Assembly: GCA_043228905.1 (NCBI GenBank)
Contig: JBHGNT010000360.1
Location: 1 to 31,791 of the forward strand
Reading direction: 5' to 3'
DNA length: 31,791 bases
DNA from: Azolla caroliniana
Lineage: Eukaryota > Plantae > Polypodiophyta
The notes under the pieces: generated by a model
Databases searched by the model: none
What the model was told of the DNA's origin: nothing
Seen by the model: the letters and a program-made list of their open reading frames with translations, nothing else
Made by a program: the position numbers and the translations under genes
In this document: positions 1 to 10,949 of the stretch, in pieces
Layout: each line of letters starts with the position of its first letter
How positions within the stretch are numbered: the first letter of the stretch is position 1

Positions 1-3000
1 AAGGTCAATATTTTGATGCATAGAAGCTCCTTTTCGCATGTTGGGAATTGGCTGCTACTAAGTTATTCCTTTATTACATTGGCACATGACCTAGAGTTCT
101 TAGATTATTTGTTAAAACACATCCCTTTCAATGGCTCCGAAGTTAGAGACCAAAGATAATTATGCTTCTATTGATTAAACAAAAAAAACTTGCATAGATT
201 AAAGGTTGATCTCATCCAGCATTACACTTGAGATTCTTAACAATATATTTATTTTTTGTTTGTATATGTATGCAGTATGAAATGTTGATGATATGGGAGC
301 TACCAATGAGATCCCTAGTAAGAGGAAGAAAGTGCATTGCCCAATTATGAATGACCATTTAATAAATAGCTCATCGATCTCATCTATATCCAACTAATAT
401 ATCAATGAGATAATGTCACAATATATATAACCCATTTCTTTCAATTAATTATTTGTCATAGCTACTAGTTAAACTCTTTTGAGTTAGGCTATTTATTGGA
501 TCTTTCACTTATTCTATATGCTTTATGTCTAAAACAAAAGTATATGACAAGAGCAACCTAGGAAACACAATGACAAACATTTTCTATAGTCAATTTCTTC
601 TACAAGGACAAAAGTTGCAGAAGTTGGATCCAAGATGTTTCTTCGAATCAACATGCTCTAGAAGTGTGGGGTGAGTTGTGACATGAATACCATATCCTGA
701 TTTCTTTTTATTGGGTATTGGGGTTTTTTCATGAGGTTGTCTTGACTCTTATTGCACTAAAAATGTCAAGCTTGTAAAGGGCTAGGGGCATGTGCATGTT
801 TATGACATTGAGTTCCTCACATATATAACCATTTTATCATAAAAGAAAACAAAAATGCACATGCACACATATCTGCAATTTATTATAAGAAGTTGGGTTA
901 CAATTCAAATACAAATGTTACATTTACATTTGCGAATGACTTCCAAAAGACTTATACTTGAAGGTAGGCATGTTACTATCTAAGAGAAAAAGTGCAAATG
1001 AATGACACATCAAATGAAGTGTAAACATTAAGAACTATGGAAACTCTAATGAAGCTTGCTTGTTAGTTTCACTTGAGATGAAGCTAACATTGATACTTTT
1101 GGTCCGATATTTATTATTTCAACTATAGAAGTTTTAGCCTTTTGTTTCTTAGAACTTCACCCACCAAACTTTCAAGTTTTTCCAAATGTCATATTTAGGT
1201 TACGTCCAATATTTTGAATAAAACATAATGTGTGCACATGATTAGTATAAACAAAATTTCATAAGAGAATGTTTGTCTAGACTCGAACCAAAGTACCATA
1301 TAAGATATACAAAATCATTTATAGTGAATATCCTATCAAATGATTCAAAAGGATAAAACTGAGTATACAAGGTCGGCCCTTGTGAGAAACATCATAAGAT
1401 AGTTAGTGTGAAGAGATACTATGCATGAAATTGTCTACTAGAAATAGTATGTTATTTTTATTTGATGTTAAGGTCATTTTCTCTATCTTGACTTCATCTT
1501 GCTTATGCCTTTTCAATATTCTATTAGAAATATAACCAACACTTATATCAATGATCATTCACAATAAATCGATTGCAACATGACAAAGAGAATAATAATA
1601 ATTTAAGCTTCAATGAAAACAAATAATCATAGATTTATTGCAATGTGACAATGAAAGAAGAAGGACGAAGAACCAATGTTTTTTCTCTCACGGATTGCAT
1701 TGAAGCCAAGTATAAGATTGTAACCATCTCATCAAGTATTTTATCATCGAATCATATGGTAAAATCGTTGATTTAGAATGTGGTCGATATATAATTTGTT
1801 ATAGTAAATCCTAAAATCATTCGCCTTGATAATTTGAAATCTTATTTTGAAAATTCATCTGCGTATGGCAATTTAAATTTTTATTTATAAAAAGAAAGGG
1901 GGGTTTAGGGTTTAAAATTGAAATTTTGAAATATGTTGCTGCAAGTAGCAAAACTCAAGAAACTCGACAAGGATTTATATTTCTCTCTAAAATACAAAGA
2001 CTAGAAATTTTGCCAATACCACTATCTAAATAATTGAGTTACTTGAACCAAATGTATTGTTGTAGACGGATTATGGTGTTAAGGTAATTATGTACAATAC
2101 ATGCACTACATCTGTGATTCATATACACATATATGCAAGCTCAAGCGAGTACATAGCCAACCTTTCTCATAATGGTTTTCTAGTTTTTGTGTATTTAGGT
2201 TTACAATATGATTCCCAATTTGTCACATGTCCTTTACGATCATATCAATTGATCTTTGTTCATTTACATAGTCAAAATTTTAGGCACAATTGAAAATCAC
2301 TTTGCTTAGATGCAACCAAAGTATTTCGTTTCACATTATCCCAAACATGCGACCAACTTTACTTCCAGTTCAAGCAACTCAAATATTTTTAGCCCAACTA
2401 ATTTCACAACCATCATTTGTGAATAACACATTCTCTTGTTTCTCAACAGGTTGAACAACTTAGAACAAAATTTTGGCACATTGAGGCACAAACCACACAT
2501 CTATGAAGTTCTTAAACTATATCATTCAGCATTTGAACTTCAACATCATCACTTCCTTTACTGCAATATAAAACATATCATTTTCCGTGTAATTGCTGAA
2601 GCATAACATTTTAGTTTTTTAATCAAATAAATAAATATCATCCTCTAGTAAATCAATCTACCATATATCATCCACATTTTTTGATGTGGTTGCAATTATC
2701 ACATCGTCATTGTATGTATCGTGTTCATCATAACTAATTGATGGCATTTCATCTTCTGAAGCAAAGAGATCTTCCTTGACAAGGTAATGAAACTCCTCTC
2801 ATGTGCACATATTATGATAAAAGAGATCACCGTGTGCAAGTTAAAAATTTGTAAGAAGTAATTTTGCCTCGGAAGATGAAATTCCATCAATTGCTTATGA
2901 TGAACATGATACATAACAAGTATAGTGTTGCATAGTACTTTTTTGGATCTTCCTTGACTTGGGTAAATTTCATTACTTTCACAAACAAATTTGTCCACAT

Positions 3001-6000
3001 TCAACACTATTCAACCACTTTCTCCACCATTTTCAATTAATCCACAATTTTTCGTTTTTGCTGCATAATCCAAAACATTTATGCCTTTCTCTATCGCTAT
3101 ATTCCACACATATTTTACTATTATGCACCAATTATTGCAAATCCCTAGATATTTCATTGATGAATATGTTTTGCATTATTTGTATATAAAAGTGACGTGT
3201 TTCAAGAATATCTCGAGATAAAATCCATTGTTGAAATCGATATAATAGAAACGTAAAAGCTTTTGAGTGGTATAGTGAATATATTGAAGGTCAATTTGGT
3301 GTCTAAAAGAGAATTGAAAGAATGAGATACATAAAGCCGTGGTATATATACTCGTAACTCCCAAGATGAAAAGAGTAGCTGAAAGAAAAAACCGGCCTAT
3401 CTTAGGGTGTGTGAGAGCCGTGATATTTAAAAGGAATGCTCAAAAGGTGTTTTGGGCAAATGCATGCACTATGGAATAACATTGATTACCAAAAATGCCA
3501 ATAACAATCATTAACAACAATACTCTATATGAAATTTTTTTGGACGAAAGCCTAGACTCTAAAAATAACAATTTAAAAGTGTTTGGATGCGTGCATGTCA
3601 CGTGCACGTGCATAGACAAAGTTGGAATAAATTTGATGGAAACACATTAAAATGTATTTTTCTAGACTTTGATAATATAAAATCTGGATATTGATCCTAC
3701 GACATAGAAGCCTGGAGGCAAGAAAGTCTATGTTTCTCATTCGTGATGTCAAATTGCAAATACACCAACCACAAAAAGTTGTTGAAAAGAAAGACGAAAA
3801 AAAATCACACAAAGAAGAAGAAGAAAACTTAGATTGAGATCATGGGGTTGTGTTTGAACCACTTACATCACAAAGGGTAAGAAGATATGGACAAACTAAC
3901 TTACCGTTTACTTTTTGTAGAAAATGGTTTGCTATGCAAAAAAATGAGCGCTATATTGAAACAAGTTCAAGTGAGGATATATATTGTACGGAGAAAAAGG
4001 CGAGAAGCCACGTAAGAAGAAATGGATGGATTAAAGAAAAAACACTAGATGGGAATTGGTGCATAGAGTTCATGGCCAGAATATAACTAGTTGTAAATGG
4101 ATTTATAAGGTAAAGTATAGTTTTGCTTGAATAAATTATTTTTTTCCAAAAAAACACTAATTCACATTAGTTAGCAAATAGTAAACAGTAGAGATTACTG
4201 GAATCTACAATGGGATCAACATATACAACTCGGAGGAACAACTCCAAAACTATCAAACAAAAATAGCAAAAACTCACACGACCCTTAACTCCAACAAAAC
4301 TGAAATAAAGCTCATTTTACCCCCGACTCTACTTCTCCCAACTAACTCTTTTATAACAAAGTTATCCAGGTAACATGACTATACTAACCCACTTGTGCTT
4401 GAGCTACACATACATAATTACAACCCATGTACAATATTGGGAGCCATCGGCGGAAACAACCACCTAGGCGCCTGGTAATTCCACTTAGGCCTCGACGAAG
4501 ATTTGACCATCATGGGAGAACCACCCCATTTAGCAAGAACTTTGACCTTGCCCTTTATGCTTCATCCGATCCCCCTTGAATCGAGTCATACCATTTGCGC
4601 AACCAAGCCACACGCTCAAACCAGATATTTAACATCACCTCCCCACATGAGAGCTTTTGCTGCTGAAAAACAAACTTACAACTCCTAATCTAGATATGCC
4701 AGACTGATAAACACACCACCATAAGCCAAATCTCCTAAAAAAATTCAGAATTTGTGTCAGGTCTCACCCCATCACATTGGAACACGCTACCACCCTACAC
4801 TATAAATCCATGTCCTTGTGGGTTTAACTCTTCCCCCAACTTTCCCCTTTTAGAGACAGTCCTTGTATGGAGCCCCACACAATGTTCCCATTAATTAATT
4901 GATATAAAGCTCAACTTGCCAATGCAAAGGGCCATGAACAATTTTGTGGTTTTAGATTGTGAGGAAACATTCACACATGTTGAATAAATGTTTATTATAA
5001 GATCTACAATTTCATTTGTGGTCGGTCATAATTGAAAACTTTATAAAACGGAACTTAGACGTACATTTTTCCATGTGGTCTATATGATTTTACATCCATT
5101 GAACAAACACGAGAATTTACATATACGGGTGTGTGTATACATATGGATGAAAGGTAAAGAAAGTTTTATATGCATTTGAATAAGGACCTTGTGCTATATA
5201 CACAAGGATCATGTGCTCAATTCTACCATGTACGTAAGCTTTGAAATGCTCTTTGTATGATTACATCATTGCCAACTTTTTGTGTTTAAATGTATGTGCA
5301 TTATTGGTATGGGGGTTTGTTAATCAATGGGCTCATAGCAAGGACGATATCTGCTAGTGCACCTCTTCTAGTAGTTGGGAAATATCGCTGCATACCCTTG
5401 TTTAAAAAGTGAAATTCCTCATATTGAAACATATAACTGATAAAGTTATTACTTGGTGTATAGTTGAAACTTGAACATTCTTTTAAGAAAAAAAAAAGTA
5501 TACAAAATCCAAGCTTCAATGTAATATGATTGTTTTATGCTAAAATTGGACTTTCACGTTCATTTTGGACCCTACTCTAAAATTGATATTAAACGCTCAT
5601 TTTCATATTAAAATTGGTGTTACAAGTATAATAATTTGAGACAGCATTTACAAGGTATGCAATCTAGTTAGAGTCATTATAAGACATTGAAAAGAAGTTA
5701 TAAAGTAAGTTCCAACTTTTTCTTATCTATCGCCTAGTCCTATACAAGAGAATGGTAATGAATTGAAGGTTGCCTAGTCCCAGACAAGAGAATAGCTATG
5801 AATTGTGTGTCAGCTAGATGTATTATCACACATGAAGGTTGTGATTCGTGTGTAAAGGTAGCATGTTCAACTTTCAACATTAGGAATATTGCACGTTTTA
5901 TAAATAAATGTTGCGATACATGATTTGCTCCGTATTGATTTTCCTTGGAAATCAACCAATCCCCATGGAGAGAGGTTTGTTTCTGGTACTTGATAATACA

Positions 6001-7245
6001 CTAGCTAAGACATGTGTTATTTGTTATAGGCAAGATAAAAAGAATTTAATCCCTTCTATGCTTCTTGATAAGGTGAACCAATAATCAACTTACAACAATA
6101 GGCCTTTTTTTGGAAAAAAAACAACGATGGGCCTTTTACTAGGGCAATGTTGCAAAAGAACCCCCTCTTTTGTATTGTTCAAAATTCAAATTGTACATTC
6201 ACAATAAAACATACCATATGATATATTTGTAGAGCTTGAGACACAAAGGATGATTTCTTATTCATGTGGGCAACACATTTCATATTTGCTTGAGGTTTCA
6301 CGATTAGTGATAACACTCTACATATGTGACACCACCAAGATTAAATATACCACATGCTGAACAAAAACATAACAAATGAGAAGTTGTGGACAAGAGGGTA
6401 GCTCAGTTGTCGAGGATGGTAAAAGAATTTCATAAATGGAGCAACCGTGAACGATTACCTAAGGTTCCTATCAAGGGATTCAATATTTATGATATATAAA
6501 TGCAGTGTAAATTTGTTCCACGCCTATTTATATAACAAAAACAAAGACAAATGGTTCTATGGTCTAAAGTTGATGACAAAAGTGCACATGTTTCAATACA
6601 AACTACCCATTCCGTACATGATAATCTCTTTTGTTTTTGTTTTTTGTTCACCCATCTAGGATATGTTAGTCCTACCCCATATAACATATGTATCCTTTAT
6701 TGATAAAACATTAAATGGATTAGAGAAAAGGCATGGAAATTAATCAAGGTGTATTTGTTATTTTATGATAGTATATACCTTTTGTCGAGTATTTTACCAG
6801 TTGATATATTGAGTTCCTCATATTTAAGAATTGATAAACCCATGTGATGGTTGATCTCCCTCCATATTATGATGTAGATTTCCAAGACACTTTTTGTCGG
6901 CTGTTTTTTCTTGGTGAAATGAAAGCTTGGACCCATGGCAATACATTGAAGTCTATTTTCCCATTTGTTGCCTAAAAACCATATTTTTAAGGTCCAAACA
7001 AACATGAAATCATTATTGTGGTGGTGTAAAACATATGGCGACCCCTCATTTTTGAAGAATATATCTAGTATATGTACTTCAAATTTATAAGAACCAAATT
7101 GTGTAAATGTGTTGGACCTTGCTTGGGGTCCAAAATAGATTAAGGTTGCTCTTATTCATCAATTATAAGAATTAGACGAAACGGCGTTATCTTCTAATTG
7201 GGTCATCCCACTATTTTATATATATGTATCAGTATGTATGACATG

Positions 7246-7665
7246 TAAGTTTGCCTTCATGCAACATGTAGGTCCCTAGAGAATACCAACTAGCCAAACA
7301 TCATGGTTAATATATTCCTACGATTAAACCACATGACTTACCAATGAGAGGTTTGCCAAGTTTCTATCCTCTAGGTCCCCCAAAAGACTAATTTGATCAT
7401 TTATGCACATTGGGGAATATGTAGACTAGATAAATATTTGCATTAAGATTAAGTAAGATGATTGCCCTCCATATAATCATTGAACAACGTTGTGCTCAAA
7501 AGATTTTAATTGTTAGAATTTAAACATGTGGGGATGATAAATGTGTTTCATGAATTGCCAAAAGGCCACATCATTGATGAGCTTATGATATAAAAATAAG
7601 TTTGTCTTCATGCAATGTGTAGGTTCCCAGAGAATATTAAACTAGCCAAACATCATTGTAAACAT
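7246..7665. repeat. Pair of diverged ~65-bp direct repeats (7246-7310 and 7597-7662)
   Basis: taagtttgccttcatgcaacatgtaggtccctagagaataccaactagccaaacatcat vs taagtttgtcttcatgcaatgtgtaggttcccagagaatattaaactagccaaacatcat. Confidence 0.8.
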
Positions 7666-8194
7666 TTGTACGAGAGACCAATATTATATGATGCATCATG
7701 CTAGGATTTACTAACAAATGCCCTAAATTCCTTTACAATCTTTGTTGATGTCCAATTGAACAAATACTTATTTTGCCCACCAACTAGCAAGTTCTGTAAA
7801 CTAATATAAATCAATATCCGATGGAAAAGGTAGGTAATTAGCAATCACTTTCAATCATTGTTTGGACCTCATTTGCTCACATGGGCTTAAATATTTTAGA
7901 GACTCCCCGTATCGCAATACGACACTATTAAAACAAGGGCCCAAAGTGTGAGCTAAGCACAAAATTTTAAATAAGTTTCAAGGATATACTCATAGCACTA
8001 TGCACACTCAACATCTACACTAAGGTTATGGAAAAGTGAGATGTAACAAATATGGATTGTATGCTATCTACATCGACACTTAATGCGCTACTGTATATAC
8101 AGACGATCGGTCTATTCATGACAAAGATGCATACATCATTTAAAAGTATTCTATTCTATATATCTTTGTAAGCTATGCCATTTTAACAATACAC

Positions 8195-8198
<4 letters not shown>

Positions 8199-8263
<65 letters not shown>
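8199..8263. repeat. (AC)n microsatellite, about 32 units
   Basis: Perfect AC run about 50 bp upstream of the MYB ATG. Confidence 0.97.
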
Positions 8264-8266
<3 letters not shown>

Positions 8267-8311
8267 CTTGTCAATGCAATACAGGAGAAATTCAAGCAGA
8301 AGAATATAATT

Positions 8312-9944
8312 ATGAGGAAGGGTTTATGGTCTCCAGACGAGGACGAAAGATTGACAAGATGCATATCTAAGTATATGAATGGCACATGGAGTGACATAGC
8401 CAAGAAAGCTGGTATAGATCACATTGGTCCATCAATTACATTGGTTCATTAAGTGTGTAAATTAAGTAGATTATGAATAATGTTCATTGAGCATGCCAGT
8501 ATTACTGCTCCTTGAATGTGTGCATTAAGTAGACCATGATTAATGTTTATTAAGTGGACTATGGTTAGTGTTCCATTAAGTGCATCACATGATGATTAGT
8601 TTCCAATTTTATTATATGTTCATTAAGTGGATGCCAACAAGTTGCTTTGAATTACTAGACTATGATTAATTGCTAATTTTGTATGAACTACTAGACCATG
8701 TTTAATTGCTATAGGAATTTTTCATTAAATCAAACTTGACACTTGGGGTTTAAATCCCTACGTGGGTGTGCTCAACTCAATTCGACTAGTGGATCGTGAT
8801 TAGGCTTTTTAAATTCTCATGCATACTAAGCTTCAATATGAAATCAACTTTTGCTATTATCAAAATGAAGAGTAGCTACAATATCCCATAAGAAATTTTA
8901 CTAGGCATTTCCTCATTTATACATGATTCATAAATCCAAGTTTGACTTGATAATGTTAATGTACTAGGGATTGATCGTTGTGGGAAGAGTTGTCGAAGGC
9001 GATGGATGAACCATTTGAGGCCGGATTTGAAGAGGGGACGATTCTCACCCATGGAGCTACAGAAGGTGGTGGAATTGCACAAAGTCCTTGGCAACAAGTA
9101 ATTATATATACTTGGCTGTGAAGTTGGCCCAACCACCACCTATAATCATCAATATTGACAATATATTAAGTGTGAAGATTAGTTTGCTAATTTTCAATCT
9201 AATGGAGGACACTCTCTCATGTAAGAGCTTTAATCAATGTTAATCTTATCTAGAATGTGTACACTCATTAATTAAATGTTCCTACGAGGTACTAGATGGT
9301 CCGAGATAGCGATGCACCTTGTAGGACGAACCGACAACGATGTGAAGAATGTGTGGAGCACCCAAATCAAGAGACATTTAAACACATATTACAAGGTGAG
9401 TGAACGAGGAGCGAAATCGGATGCGATTGAAGGAGCAGTTATGGCATCTACCATCCCAGAAAGTTCCTTGTGCACACACAACAATGTGATCACCAATAAG
9501 GTTGACGAGACCACCAACATTAGTGGTGTAGGCAATTTTGCTCCAATGTTATCGACTAATAAACAAACCATGTCTCCTAGAAAAAGCCCCTTAATGGGAG
9601 ATTACATGTTGCAAGATGCGGTTCTTATGTTGCCACCGTTAATGCCAAGCCTTAGTTCAAGTGTGAATGAAGTTGATTCATGCACAACCTCTACTACCGA
9701 ACCTATGATGAGCTATGATCAATCTAGTTCAGATAAATCAATGATCGATATCGATTGGATATTCATGAATAGCTATGATAGCTATTCACAATCTGAATCC
9801 TTAGTGGACCGTCATAGTTTGGTTCCAGATTTATCGCCCCAATATACTAATGCATGGTACACATGTGAAACCCTCGACTTGGCCTCCACAGGCCATTTTG
9901 TGCCAGAATGTTGGACATTTGATTCTTTGGTTGTGGATCTTTAG
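8312..9944 (+). CDS. R2R3-MYB transcription factor, 3 exons: 8312-8411, 8968-9097, 9296-9944 (about 292 aa)
   Basis: Spliced translation: [105 protein letters not shown], followed by a S/T/M-rich C-terminus. GT-AG introns (8412-8967, 9098-9295) sit at the conserved plant R2R3-MYB positions, with the canonical 130-bp second exon. The start codon is the least certain part: 8312 is the first in-frame ATG after the stop at 8141. Confidence 0.93.
8445..8725. repeat. Degenerate minisatellite in MYB intron 1
   Basis: Recurring variants of GTTCATTAAGTG and ATTAAGTAGACCATGATTAAT / CTAGACYATGWTTAATTGCT. Confidence 0.55.
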
Positions 9945-10949
9945 TACATAGTGATAACAACAATTCATTTTTTCTAAGTTAAATGTTGAAACAAAGAGTA
10001 CACCAATATCCCCCTTGGATAATGTAGATAAATAATAAATGGCATGCATGTAAGTTTCACAAAATGGTGTTGAATCTTGTTTTTGTTGTCTTTAACTATG
10101 AGATCATCTTGTCCCTTTAGCTGAAGAAATAGTTTATGTAAATAATTAAGAGTTTGTTTGTAACTTTAAAAAGCACTCGATGACCCTTGAACCTTAAGTA
10201 TCGTGATTATTGATCTTGAAATATAGTCGTCGACCTTTTTCCATAAAGTCTATATGTGATACATGACACCAAAATCATTTTATTATATCAAAACTCAGCT
10301 GATATGTCAACACTATTTGCATTGTGAGGGTGTCTTATTACAATTGAAACCACGTCGGAGTCTTTCAATTTTATACTTAATAGCATATATGCCCCATGTT
10401 GTGTCTCATTAATCTTTCATTGAAAATGTAACTTTATTAATTTGTGATGATGCCGCAAAGTTTTAATTATTTATAGTAGTTTGTATCTCAATTTCTTGTA
10501 TGGGAATATATAATCATTAATCAATTACACAATGTTTACCAAAATTCTTCAATATTTTGATTGTTTGGTGTGGAGATAACATAACTAAGCACAAAGAAGT
10601 TAGGAGTTGGAAGGTGGTAATTTTTCTATTCGTTAATCAAATTTGGACAACTTTGATTAGCTAATTAATGCAAAGTTTGTGAAAATTATTTGTAGTTACG
10701 AAAAGAGGGCATTGTGGCAATTCGATAAAACTTAGGTCGTTTGTTATATGTTTAGGTACTAATGTGTCATCATTTAAAACTTAGACTATATAACTTCATT
10801 ATAGTTTTGTCATCTTGATCATAGAAAAGCGACATACTAAACTACATCTCCTATAGGATCCAACTGCTTGTCTTGTGTTGTTGTGGGTTCCATACCAAGT
10901 GATTTGCAGTAGATTACTAAACATTTGGCAACCTTGTTGCGAACAAAAG

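Noticed and set aside
615-680. Plus-strand mini-exon (ttgcag...gtgagt) or copia KLDPR motif
   Set aside because: Isolated, with no neighbouring exons or further copia motifs to support it.
1898-1915. Telomeric repeat gggtttagggttt
   Set aside because: Fewer than two full units; compatible with chance or a lone telo-box.
8197-8403. Minus-strand ORF with a CVCVCV tail
   Set aside because: Translation of the (AC)n microsatellite, antisense to MYB exon 1.
9276-9944. 222-aa ORF as a stand-alone gene
   Set aside because: It is MYB exon 3; its ATG at 9276 lies in intron 2, upstream of the acceptor at 9295.
10160-10812. Mutator-like element with long TIRs downstream of MYB
   Set aside because: The right end looks TIR-like, but I could not align a convincing left arm or TSD by eye.
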